64,000 nucleotides of DNA from Leptogorgia sarmentosa (Eukaryota), in NCBI GenBank assembly GCA_964658305.1, contig OZ210885.1, positions 1,736,001-1,800,000 on the forward strand. The letters run 5' to 3'. Below, one piece after another: positions 51,292-63,738 of the stretch (position 1 is the first letter of the stretch; the number at the start of each line of letters is the position of its first letter). Below the pieces are notes generated by a model, which was not told where the DNA came from, ran no database searches, and was given only the letters and a program-made list of their open reading frames with translations. Both the position numbers and the translations under genes were made by a program.

Positions 51292-52726
51292 GGTGCTTAT
51301 CACATATGGTCTAGGGGCCGATCTGCATCTCCCTGCTCTCTGAGTGTTCCTGAATGTCAAAGTCATGCATTTGTACCAGTCAAGATATAGCGGGCATCCC
51401 CGATGCGTTCCGGTTGCCTTAGTAAGTCCCTACTGGCGATCTACCAGACTCGTTCTGTGCGGATGGTAGGGCACTTGACGAATTCTTTTCGGTTTTTTTC
51501 ACTTAACTATCTCAACTTCCTTGACTATCCTTGCTTTTTAACACTTTCACAATGTCTGGGATGTTGAAAAAACGAAGAAAAAACGAAGAAAACCAATTTT
51601 GACGTACGCGCATGCGCAATGAAATTCACCAAACGAGTCCCACAACAACCACGCCACAAGAGTGTGACGTAGTTAAATACAAATCCGGAATATAGCTTAT
51701 TGGTTCTCATGCTACGACATTGCCTTTCGCTAAAGGACAAGGTGCTTATCACATATGGTCTAGGGGCCGATCTGCATCTCCCTGCTCTCTGAGTGTTCCT
51801 GAATGTCAAAGTCATGCATTTGTACCAGTCAAGATATAGCGGGCATCCCCGATGCGTTCCGGTTGCCTTAGTAAGTCCCTACTGGCGATCTACCAGACTC
51901 GTTCTGTGCGGATGGTAGGGCACTTGACGAATTCTTTTCGGTTTTTTTCACTTAACTATCTCAACTTCCTTGACTATTCTTGCTTTTTAACACTTTCACA
52001 ATGTCTGGGATGTTGAAAACAACGAAGAGAACAAATTTTGACGTACGCGCATGCGCAATGCGCTTGACAAAATTATTTTCGTCTTCCTTGACTATCCTTG
52101 CTTTTTAACACTTTCACAATGTCTGGGATGTTGAAAAAACGAAGAAAACAAATTTTGACGTACGGCATGCGCAATGAAATTCACCAAACGAGTCCCACAA
52201 CAACCACGCCACAAGAGTGTGACGTAGTTAAATATAAATCCGGAATATAGCTTTTTGGTTCTCATGCTACGACATTGCCTTTCGCTAAAGGACAAGGTGC
52301 TTATCACATATGGTCTAGGGGCCGATCTGCATCTCCCTGCTCACTGAGTGTTCCTGAATGTCAAAGTCATGCATTTGTACCTGTCAAGATATAGCGGGCA
52401 TCCCCGATGCGTTCCGGTTGCCTTAGTAAGTCCCTACTGGCGATCTACCAGACTCGTTCTGTGCGGATGGTAGGGCACTTGACGAATTCTTTTCGGTTTT
52501 TTTCACTTAACTATCTCAACTTCCTTGACTATTCTTGCTTTTTAACACTTTCACAATGTCTGGGATGTTGAAAACAACGAAGAGAACAAATTTTGACGTA
52601 CGCGCATGCGCAATGTGCTTGACAAAATTATTTTCGGTTTTCTTCACTCAAAAAAATTGTTTTCGGTTCTTCCTTGACTATCCTTGCTTTTTAACACTTT
52701 CACAATGTCTGGGATGTTGAAAAAAT
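51292..52726. repeat. Tandem repeat P, three units (449 and 555 bp periods)
   Basis: GGTGCTTATCACATATGGTCTAGGGGCCGATC starts at 51292, 51741 and 52296. Subunit TTCCTTGACTAT..GGGATGTTGAAAA occurs five times. Duplicated at 58433-59867. Confidence 0.9.
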
Positions 52727-53105
52727 AGGTTCGCAAAGCGCACATGTATCTGCGAATGGTGAAGCAGAACTGACGGATGAGTCGTCGGAAAGCGCAATCG
52801 GACATGCTAAAAAGTCTAGGTTGCGCTTAAATCTGCCGCTAAAGTTTTGGTTTGCAAGCAACAAATGAACATAAACTAAAGCTAACCCTAAATATGAAAC
52901 TAATCGAACCCCGAAGCTAACAGCCTAACGCACAAAACATTAAAACCTAGAACTATACTCAAACAGATTTCCTAAATCAGCATGCTGTCTTATTAAATAT
53001 GCGATGTTTAGTTAGTGTTGACTGTTCTCATATACAGCATTTCTCACCGTCCTCCTTCGACTCTTTCGTGAAAAATACGAGGAAATTCCTTGGGAAAAAA
53101 ATTTC

Positions 53106-55515
53106 GGCGTGAGGTTGTGCGTGGTTAAAACGTCAGACGCATTCAAAACTTGATATAAGCTTTCATTGTATAAGCTATCTCGCATTCGGGAATTCTCGCG
53201 ATCATATCAAATTGCATAATGAATTTAAAATTGACGAAATATGATATCGCATTTTATGCTATTGCGTCTTTAAAATAGAGACAGCGCTTTGCGATTGTTT
53301 GTGAAGAATGTGGCTTTCTAAAAACCAAATTTACTCTTTTGAAAATCATATTATAATATATTTATATACACTATATTCTATCCATCGATTCATGCAGCAT
53401 TTGCCTAGACGCTCAAGTGTATGATCGGTATGCGCGTATGATTTCCTTTGTTTTGTCTCATTACAAGCTACAAAATCTATTTTCCTGGGATGAATGTTTC
53501 AACCATTCAGTATGGCGAAGCGGCAAAATATAGTAGATATTCCGTGATCACAATGACACCGCGTGTATTCCAAACATGTACATGTACAAATGTGTCAGTG
53601 CCGACACGCTAAAGTATCGTAGGGAAAATATACGCGCAATTTTGTCAAGCCGGCATAAACCTCTTTCATAACGTGTATAATATTCGCTGTGTGTGTTTAA
53701 GGTAATACAATGTATAATTTGCGTCGTGATCCTTCTGCTTTGATGATCTAAATTCCATAGCAAACCTCTTTAATATCTTTGAAAGCAATGCCAATGTATA
53801 ATTTGCGTCGTAATATTTTCGCGTATCTGCGTATAAATCTGCGGCACGCAGCCTCTCATTTCTATCCTACTTTTGATATCCAAACAACCCGTAAAACCTG
53901 CTGTAATTCTGTCATGTTTACACTTACCAGATCAAGATAGGTCTCCGTATAAAATGGCGACAAAAGTAGGATAGAAATGAGAAAAAAGTACAATATTTTA
54001 AACGATTTGCGAACTTGCTCGCTTCAAAGTTTGAAGTATTTACAAAATACAAATGGCGAACATGAGACACGACGCCGCACGAATTCAACATCGGAAATTA
54101 TCGATATGCGAAAAGCTCTGCTCTGATTGGCTGCAAGCACGGTTACGGTTACAGTTACAACACGATGGCAATATATCTGCGTCACTACGTCACGCAGATA
54201 CAAAAATAGGTACACAAAGTGTACATGTATGTGCGCCTATGTAGCTTGGTTCCCAGCGATGTATAAAATGGTTTACAGCTAGGGAATAGGCGAACAGCGC
54301 AAATACTAATTTCTTTTAAGGCGTGAGGTTGTGCGTGGTTAAAACGTCAGACGCATTCAATACTTGATATAAGCTTTCATTGTATAAGCTATCTCCGTAT
54401 CTCGCATTCCGGAATTCGCGCGATCATATCAAATTGCATAATGAATTTAAACTTGACGAAATATGATATCGCATTTTATGCTATTGCGTCTTTAAAATCG
54501 AGACAGCGCTTTGCGATTGTTTGTGAAGAATGTGGCTTTCTAAAAACCAAATTTACTCTTTTGAAAACCATATTATAATATATTTATATACACTATATTC
54601 TATCCATTGATTCATGCAGCATTTGCCTAGACGCTCAAGTGTATGATCGGTATGCGCGTAGGTTCAAAACAGAATACTTGAAACTATATATGATTTCCTT
54701 TGTTTTGTCTCATTACAAGCTACAAAATCTATTTTCCTGGGATGAATGTTTCAACCATTCAGTATGGCGAAGCGGCAAAATATAGTAGATATTCCGTGAT
54801 CACAATGACACCGCGTGTATTCCAAACATGTATAATTATGTACAAATGTGTCAGTACCGACACGCTAAAGTATCGTAGGGAAAATATACGCGCAATTTTG
54901 TCAAGCCGGCATAAACCTCTTTCATAACGTGTATAATATTCGCTGTGTGTGTTTAAGGTAATACAATGTATAATTTGCGTCGTGATCCTTCTGCTTTGAT
55001 GATCTAAATTCCATAGCAAACCTCTTTAATATCTTTGAAAGCAATGCCAATGTATAATTTGCGTCGTAATATTTTTGCGTATCTGCGTATAAATCTACGG
55101 CACGCAGCGTCTCATTTCCATCCTACTTTTGATATCCAAACAACCCGCAAAACCTGCTGTAATTCTGTCATGTTTACACTTACCAGATCAAGATAGGATA
55201 GTAGGATAGAAATGAGAAAAAAGTACAATATTTTAAACGATTTGCGAACTTGCTCGCTTCGAAGTTTGAAGTATTTACAAATGGCGAACATGAGACACGA
55301 CGCCGCACGAAATCAACATCGGAAATTATCGATATGCGAAAAGCTCTGCTCTGATTGGCTACAAGCTAACAGCACGAAGCTCTGATTGGCTAGAAGCTAA
55401 CAGCACGAAGCTCTGATTGGCTGCAAGCACGGTTACGGTTACAGTTACAGTTACAGTTACAGTTACAGTTACAAGACGATAGCAATATATCTGCGTCACT
55501 ACGTCACGCAGATAC
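53106..55515. repeat. Tandem repeat Q, two ~1.2 kb units
   Basis: GGCGTGAGGTTGTGCGTGGTTAAAACG at 53106 and 54320. Duplicated at 60247-62650. Confidence 0.88.
53816..54206 (-). mobile_element. Helentron-associated non-autonomous element (HINE/DINE-1-like)
   Basis: On the minus strand: T-run, subTIR GTATCTGCGT with adjacent inverted ACGCAGATA, (TGTAAC)n microsatellite, internal 22-bp inverted repeat, GC hairpin CTGCG-TGC-CGCAG, then 3' subTIR ACGCAGATAC. Further copies at ~55073-55520, ~60957-61347 and ~62214-62655. Confidence 0.65.
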
Positions 55516-55741
55516 AAAAATTGAAGTGAAAATAAAAAAAATCATAATTGTGATATTTTTCACATTCTTAGTTCTATTCCTTATCTTATGACTTCAGCGA
55601 GCAACAAAAGTTCTATTCACCACATGATTAAATAATACGGTTATAATAATTTATATCTCAAGGTTACGAAGTCTTTCATTCCCAAAGGTTTGTCAGCGAT
55701 TGAAGGATCACGAAGGCATCGATTCTTAAACTAGGCCTGCA

Positions 55742-56602
55742 TTAGGAAGCGAATAGACTGTTTTTCAAGTCCTTCAATGCTTTTTTCCCCTCTTTGCGTA
55801 GAACATCGTTTCTCCAGAAGAAAATAAGACAGTTGAATGTAGAATTCGCATTGGCGACAGTACCTGTCCAAAAATTAGCAGCATTCGTATATTCTGACGT
55901 TGATTTCTTGGCGAAGTTAAATGCAATGAAGGAAAACGCTGGAATGTACATCAATAACAGAAAGCCAACGGCCAACAAACAGGTTGAAATGTCCTTTAAA
56001 TTAACAGGCGACATCGAAGATGTTGGTGATGCTGACTTTTTGCGACGAGCTTTTCGGCAAATCATGAACAATTTGTAGTTGAAGAACACGAACGGAGGGA
56101 ATACTGCAACGACGAAAATGAGCATAGCCTTTGGAAAGGAAATGACTAAGTCATTAGCAGAAATTATTACTAGGGTAATTGGTAAAAGAGATAATACTAC
56201 AATAAGCGTTAGAAGTTGGCGTCTTGTGAGCGATGTTCGATGAAAAAATGGATAATACGTTCCAAGATATCTCTCTAGGCTCATCACCAGAAGAGCAATT
56301 AAAGAAAAGCCAATGAACACGTTCGAAAAATGCTCATATATATCCATCATGTCTAGTAAGCCATTCTTTTCTTGCAACCACCAAACCAGGCGAAGAATCA
56401 GGATTGGATGATTCGTGATAACCACAAGGAAGTCGAAAAATGACAACACGGTGATCATAAAATAACATAATTTCCTTCGGAGATACGCCGAACTTCTCGC
56501 GAAACTGACAATGACCAATAGGTTTAAAAATGTCCCCGCGCAAGAAAGAAGGACGTTGACAACACACAGAAATATTGACTGGACGTGCACTGCAAGATCC
56601 AT
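55742..56602 (-). CDS. Class A orphan GPCR, copy 9, 286 aa
   Basis: 7TM ORF with SLERY. Near-identical to copy 8 but ICL3 is one residue longer (KKSASPTSSM). Confidence 0.88.
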   Translation of the reverse strand: MDLAVHVQSIFLCVVNVLLSCAGTFLNLLVIVSFARSSAYLRRKLCYFMITVLSFFDFLVVITNHPILILRLVWWLQEKNGLLDMMDIYEHFSNVFIGFSLIALLVMSLERYLGTYYPFFHRTSLTRRQLLTLIVVLSLLPITLVIISANDLVISFPKAMLIFVVAVFPPFVFFNYKLFMICRKARRKKSASPTSSMSPVNLKDISTCLLAVGFLLLMYIPAFSFIAFNFAKKSTSEYTNAANFWTGTVANANSTFNCLIFFWRNDVLRKEGKKALKDLKNSLFAS

Positions 56603-58428
56603 ATCTTCGGAAGAAACCAACTGTTACATCTAACAGTCTGTGCATTTAGTCTTGTATTGGCGGAACTGGTCTTGAACAACTTCCTGTACTTATTCTTTAA
56701 TGTTTGATGACGTGGGTCCTCTTCCGCAGGCGCAGCAACACCTTCTGGTGTGTTTGTGTTAGGGGGGAGGGGGGCAATTAACAACCCCGCCCCTTTTTAC
56801 GGTCAATCCGTCGGTAGATTGATCTGTTTTTTGGACCTGTCGTGTCGGTTGACCAGGCATGAAAATTAGGGGGTTTTCACATGCACTGGTGTTTCCCTTC
56901 ATAGGAAACAATCGCTCCAAATTTGAGTATGTGAGACAAAATTTTCAGAAAATTCTTTTTCAAATTTGATCGTTGAACGATTAGGCCAACCCAGAAAATT
57001 TTGTGATGTCGTTTGGATAAACACTGAAATTACTATTACTATTAAAGTATTGACACAGCCTCATTATTTCAAATTCTGAAAATGAAATTTTATTCAACAT
57101 TCATACACGTTATTTTCAAGTACACACTTTAATTTACGAGGACTGATTTTCTTTTTACAAGGACACCGGACGCGCTATTTTAATGCGTCAAGACTTTGAA
57201 ATGACCGTATCCGGCGTCTAGGGATTTAAAATTTAATATTTTCTTTACCGAAATACAATATTAAACTGGCGGGGAGAGACAGACTGTCTGAATCATATCT
57301 AAGCTATTTTGTTTGGCTGAATATGAAATTAAAGGTTATTGAAGAAAGATAAAAATAACTATTTGTTAAACACTTACCAATTAAATACACAGAACACAAC
57401 GTAAACAAAAACTTCATTAATGTTCGAGTTCCAGTTCTACTGTGAGGAAGCAAACAAAGAAAGTGTTTCGATTTCAAAAATATGTTAGAATATTAGAGGA
57501 AGATTTAGGTGCACTCCGTCTTACAGGATTTGAAAAAAACCGCTATTTAGGTACTTGTTTTGTGTCATCAGTGTCCGACCAATTTTAAAATAAGCTACAG
57601 CCATTAATCGCTCCGGGAATGGACACGTTCACGTCATTTAGACTTGAATCCATGCAGCTCAGATTCATAATTTGTCAAATATAAAAAAGCAGAGTTTTAG
57701 GCTTGCTTTATAGGCTTGGTTCGAACGTCGTACATTTTTCATGTGCCGAACCTAATGCAAATGAACTCAAAGAAAAAACTTAGTTCATTAACATTAGGTT
57801 CGGCGCAGGAAAGGTACGGTGTAATTCGACGTGTGAACTGGGCCTTATTTCCAGATCATATTTACATGAGGTCGCCGATTGGGTTTTATTATTATTATTA
57901 TTATTACAAAATTTTATAAAGCGCAATGTTGGTTACATCCGGCGTTTTCTATTTGCATGCGCTCCGTGTTGCTAGCCAATTATAACAAAATTGTATAGTA
58001 TAGCAAATATTATTATAGTACTTAGGGATTTGAATATTATTCTTTATACATAGATATTTTTGTTCATGACTTACATATTGTTATATATGGCGCCTCATAG
58101 CAAACGGTGAATCACTTGTGACTGCCTGGTTTGTATACTGCATGTGCCTTGGTATTGTTGATGGCAGTGTTGCAAAAAAGCTATACGGGTATACGGGCAC
58201 CACCTGGAGGAAGGTTTGCCTTATGTGAGATAAATGAGTGATTGTGAAGGTTTAATTATTAACAAATACACATATTGGAAAAATACACACCATATTAAAT
58301 AACACACCTTGGCCATAATTAGCCATTTCCCAATCGAGCAAAGGAGGGAAACAAGTTATACTGAACGAGCTGAATATTTTTTAGAAAATATTTTAATCAT
58401 AGTTTCTGCATTTCAAGCTGCACGAAGA

Positions 58429-61400
58429 TGCTGGTGCTTATCACATATGGTCTAGGGGCCGATCTGCATCTCCCTGCTCTCTGAGTGTTCCTGAATGTCA
58501 AAGTCATGCATTTGTACCAGTCAAGATATAGCGGGCATCCCCGATGCGTTCCGGTTGCCTTAGTAAGTCCCTACTGGCGATCTACCAGACTCGTTCTGTG
58601 CGGATGGTAGGGCACTTGACGAATTCTTTTCGGTTTTTTTCACTTAACTATCTCAACTTCCTTGACTATCCTTGCTTTTTAACACTTTCACAATGTCTGG
58701 GATGTTGAAAAAACGAAGAAAAAACGAAGAAAACCAATTTTGACGTACGCGCATGCGCAATGAAATTCACCAAACGAGTCCCACAACAACCACGCCACAA
58801 GAGTGTGACGTAGTTAAATACAAATCCGGAATATAGCTTATTGGTTCTCATGCTACGACATTGCCTTTCGCTAAAGGACAAGGTGCTTATCACATATGGT
58901 CTAGGGGCCGATCTGCATCTCCCTGCTCTCTGAGTGTTCCTGAATGTCAAAGTCATGCATTTGTACCAGTCAAGATATAGCGGGCATCCCCGATGCGTTC
59001 CGGTTGCCTTAGTAAGTCCCTACTGGCGATCTACCAGACTCGTTCTGTGCGGATGGTAGGGCACTTGACGAATTCTTTTCGGTTTTTTTCACTTAACTAT
59101 CTCAACTTCCTTGACTATTCTTGCTTTTTAACACTTTCACAATGTCTGGGATGTTGAAAACAACGAAGAGAACAAATTTTGACGTACGCGCATGCGCAAT
59201 GCGCTTGACAAAATTATTTTCGTCTTCCTTGACTATCCTTGCTTTTTAACACTTTCACAATGTCTGGGATGTTGAAAAAACGAAGAAAACAAATTTTGAC
59301 GTACGGCATGCGCAATGAAATTCACCAAACGAGTCCCACAACAACCACGCCACAAGAGTGTGACGTAGTTAAATATAAATCCGGAATATAGCTTTTTGGT
59401 TCTCATGCTACGACATTGCCTTTCGCTAAAGGACAAGGTGCTTATCACATATGGTCTAGGGGCCGATCTGCATCTCCCTGCTCACTGAGTGTTCCTGAAT
59501 GTCAAAGTCATGCATTTGTACCTGTCAAGATATAGCGGGCATCCCCGATGCGTTCCGGTTGCCTTAGTAAGTCCCTACTGGCGATCTACCAGACTCGTTC
59601 TGTGCGGATGGTAGGGCACTTGACGAATTCTTTTCGGTTTTTTTCACTTAACTATCTCAACTTCCTTGACTATTCTTGCTTTTTAACACTTTCACAATGT
59701 CTGGGATGTTGAAAACAACGAAGAGAACAAATTTTGACGTACGCGCATGCGCAATGTGCTTGACAAAATTATTTTCGGTTTTCTTCACTCAAAAAAATTG
59801 TTTTCGGTTCTTCCTTGACTATCCTTGCTTTTTAACACTTTCACAATGTCTGGGATGTTGAAAAAATAGGTTCGCAAAGCGCACATGTATCTGCGAATGG
59901 TGAAGCAGAACTGACGGATGAGTCGTCGGAAAGCGCAATCGGACATGCTAAAAAGTCTAGGTTGCGCTTAAATCTGCCGCTAAAGTTTTGGTTTGCAAGC
60001 AACAAATGAACATAAACTAAAGCTAACCCTAAATATGAAACTAATCGAACCCCGAAGCTAACAGCCTAACGCACAAAACATTAAAACCTAGAACTATACT
60101 CAAACAGATTTCCTAAATCAGCATGCTGTCTTATTAAATATGCGATGTTTAGTTAGTGTTGACTGTTCTCATATACAGCATTTCTCACCGTCCTCCTTCG
60201 ACTCTTTCGTGAAAAATACGAGGAAATTCCTTGGGAAAAAAATTTCGGCGTGAGGTTGTGCGTGGTTAAAACGTCAGACGCATTCAAAACTTGATATAAG
60301 CTTTCATTGTATAAGCTATCTCGCATTCGGGAATTCTCGCGATCATATCAAATTGCATAATGAATTTAAAATTGACGAAATATGATATCGCATTTTATGC
60401 TATTGCGTCTTTAAAATAGAGACAGCGCTTTGCGATTGTTTGTGAAGAATGTGGCTTTCTAAAAACCAAATTTACTCTTTTGAAAATCATATTATAATAT
60501 ATTTATATACACTATATTCTATCCATCGATTCATGCAGCATTTGCCTAGACGCTCAAGTGTATGATCGGTATGCGCGTATGATTTCCTTTGTTTTGTCTC
60601 ATTACAAGCTACAAAATCTATTTTCCTGGGATGAATGTTTCAACCATTCAGTATGGCGAAGCGGCAAAATATAGTAGATATTCCGTGATCACAATGACAC
60701 CGCGTGTATTCCAAACATGTACATGTACAAATGTGTCAGTGCCGACACGCTAAAGTATCGTAGGGAAAATATACGCGCAATTTTGTCAAGCCGGCATAAA
60801 CCTCTTTCATAACGTGTATAATATTCGCTGTGTGTGTTTAAGGTAATACAATGTATAATTTGCGTCGTGATCCTTCTGCTTTGATGATCTAAATTCCATA
60901 GCAAACCTCTTTAATATCTTTGAAAGCAATGCCAATGTATAATTTGCGTCGTAATATTTTCGCGTATCTGCGTATAAATCTGCGGCACGCAGCCTCTCAT
61001 TTCTATCCTACTTTTGATATCCAAACAACCCGTAAAACCTGCTGTAATTCTGTCATGTTTACACTTACCAGATCAAGATAGGTCTCCGTATAAAATGGCG
61101 ACAAAAGTAGGATAGAAATGAGAAAAAAGTACAATATTTTAAACGATTTGCGAACTTGCTCGCTTCAAAGTTTGAAGTATTTACAAAATACAAATGGCGA
61201 ACATGAGACACGACGCCGCACGAATTCAACATCGGAAATTATCGATATGCGAAAAGCTCTGCTCTGATTGGCTGCAAGCACGGTTACGGTTACAGTTACA
61301 ACACGATGGCAATATATCTGCGTCACTACGTCACGCAGATACAAAAATAGGTACACAAAGTGTACATGTATGTGCGCCTATGTAGCTTGGTTCCCAGCGA

Positions 61401-62650
61401 TGTATAAAATGGTTTACAGCTAGGGAATAGGCGAACAGCGCAAATACTAATTTCTTTTAAGGCGTGAGGTTGTGCGTGGTTAAAACGTCAGACGCATTCA
61501 ATACTTGATATAAGCTTTCATTGTATAAGCTATCTCCGTATCTCGCATTCCGGAATTCGCGCGATCATATCAAATTGCATAATGAATTTAAACTTGACGA
61601 AATATGATATCGCATTTTATGCTATTGCGTCTTTAAAATCGAGACAGCGCTTTGCGATTGTTTGTGAAGAATGTGGCTTTCTAAAAACCAAATTTACTCT
61701 TTTGAAAACCATATTATAATATATTTATATACACTATATTCTATCCATTGATTCATGCAGCATTTGCCTAGACGCTCAAGTGTATGATCGGTATGCGCGT
61801 AGGTTCAAAACAGAATACTTGAAACTATATATGATTTCCTTTGTTTTGTCTCATTACAAGCTACAAAATCTATTTTCCTGGGATGAATGTTTCAACCATT
61901 CAGTATGGCGAAGCGGCAAAATATAGTAGATATTCCGTGATCACAATGACACCGCGTGTATTCCAAACATGTATAATTATGTACAAATGTGTCAGTACCG
62001 ACACGCTAAAGTATCGTAGGGAAAATATACGCGCAATTTTGTCAAGCCGGCATAAACCTCTTTCATAACGTGTATAATATTCGCTGTGTGTGTTTAAGGT
62101 AATACAATGTATAATTTGCGTCGTGATCCTTCTGCTTTGATGATCTAAATTCCATAGCAAACCTCTTTAATATCTTTGAAAGCAATGCCAATGTATAATT
62201 TGCGTCGTAATATTTTTGCGTATCTGCGTATAAATCTACGGCACGCAGCGTCTCATTTCCATCCTACTTTTGATATCCAAACAACCCGCAAAACCTGCTG
62301 TAATTCTGTCATGTTTACACTTACCAGATCAAGATAGGATAGTAGGATAGAAATGAGAAAAAAGTACAATATTTTAAACGATTTGCGAACTTGCTCGCTT
62401 CGAAGTTTGAAGTATTTACAAATGGCGAACATGAGACACGACGCCGCACGAAATCAACATCGGAAATTATCGATATGCGAAAAGCTCTGCTCTGATTGGC
62501 TACAAGCTAACAGCACGAAGCTCTGATTGGCTAGAAGCTAACAGCACGAAGCTCTGATTGGCTGCAAGCACGGTTACGGTTACAGTTACAGTTACAGTTA
62601 CAGTTACAAGACGATAGCAATATATCTGCGTCACTACGTCACGCAGATAC
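58429..62650. repeat. Second copy of the 4.2 kb P+Q insertion
   Basis: Near-identical to 51288-55515 at offset 7141. Confidence 0.85.
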
Positions 62651-62877
62651 AAAAATTGAAGTGAAAATAAAAAAAATCATAATTGTGATATTTTTCACAT
62701 TCTTAGTTCTATTCCTTATCTTATGACTTCAGCGAGCAACAAAAGTTCTATTCACCACATGATTAAATAATACGGTTATAATAATTTATATCTCAAGGGT
62801 ACGAAGCCTTTCATTCCCAAAGGTTTGTCAGCGATTGAAGGATCACGAAGGCATCGATTCTTTAAACTAGGCCTGCA

Positions 62878-63738
62878 TTAGGAAGCGAATAGACTGTTTT
62901 TCAACGCCTTCAATGCTTTTTTCCCTTCTTTGCGTAGAACATCGTTTTTCCAGAAGAAAATAAGACAGTTGAATGTAGAATTCGCATTGGCTACAGTACT
63001 TGTCCAAAAATTAGCAGCTTTCGTATTTTCTGACGTTGATTTCTCAGCGATGTTGAACGCAATGAAGGAAAACGCTGGAATGTACATCAATAACAGAAAG
63101 CCAACGGCCAACAAACAGGTTGAAATGTCCTTTAAATTAACAGGTGGCATCGAAGATGTTGGTGACGTTGAGTTTTCGCGACGAACTTTTCGGCAAATCA
63201 TGAACAATTTGTAGTTGAAGAACACGAACGGAGGGAATACTGCAACGACGAAAATGAGCATAGCCTTTGGAAAGGAAATGACGAAGTCATTAGCAGAAAT
63301 TATTGCTAGGGTAATCGGCAAAAGAGATAATACGGCAAGGAGTGTTAGAAGTTTGCGTCTCGTGAGCGATGTTCGATGAAAAAATGGATAGTACGTTCCA
63401 AGATATCTTTCGATGCTCATCACCAGAAGAGCAATTAAAGAAAAGCCAATAAACATGTTCGAAATGTGCTCATAAATTTGCACCCTGGCTAGTAAATCAT
63501 TCTTTTCTTGCAACCACCAAACCAGGCGAAGAATTAGGATTGGATGATTCGTGATAACCACAAGGAAGTCGAAAAATGACAACACCATGATCATAAAATA
63601 ACATAATTTATTTCGAAGATACGCTGAACTTCTCGCGAAACTGACAATGACCAATAGGTTTAAAAATGTCCCAGCGCAAGTAAGAAGGATGTTGACAACA
63701 CACAGAAATATTGACTGGACCTGCACTGCAAGATCCAT
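62878..63738 (-). CDS. Class A orphan GPCR, copy 10, 286 aa
   Basis: 7TM ORF with SIERY. Copy-2-like ECL1 combined with a copy-4-like C-terminal half. Confidence 0.88.
   Translation of the reverse strand: MDLAVQVQSIFLCVVNILLTCAGTFLNLLVIVSFARSSAYLRNKLCYFMIMVLSFFDFLVVITNHPILILRLVWWLQEKNDLLARVQIYEHISNMFIGFSLIALLVMSIERYLGTYYPFFHRTSLTRRKLLTLLAVLSLLPITLAIISANDFVISFPKAMLIFVVAVFPPFVFFNYKLFMICRKVRRENSTSPTSSMPPVNLKDISTCLLAVGFLLLMYIPAFSFIAFNIAEKSTSENTKAANFWTSTVANANSTFNCLIFFWKNDVLRKEGKKALKALKNSLFAS

Larger units (their letters stand above)
48900..62790. repeat. Tandem duplication Y: ~48900-55655 repeated at offset 7141
   Basis: Identical ORF pairs 49383/56524, 50575/57716, 51525/58666, 53548/60689 and 54759/61900. 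Differences are very few, for example GTTACA repeat number. Confidence 0.9.

Noticed and set aside
51410..51495. Resemblance of repeat P to U12 snRNA, 7SK or RNase MRP fragments
   Set aside because: Only short scattered word matches, in the wrong order or missing essential motifs.
52768..52800. Hammerhead-like CGGATGAGTCGTCGGAAAG
   Set aside because: The core reads CGGAUGA rather than CUGAUGA, and stem II cannot form its closing pair.
52870..52960. CTAACCCTAA as telomerase RNA template or interstitial telomere
   Set aside because: A single match within a degenerate AC-rich tract, common inside invertebrate repeats.
51292..55515. CRISPR-like or transposase-coding element
   Set aside because: The repeats are long tandem units without unique spacers, the context is eukaryotic, and no transposase, RT or Rep/Hel ORF is present.
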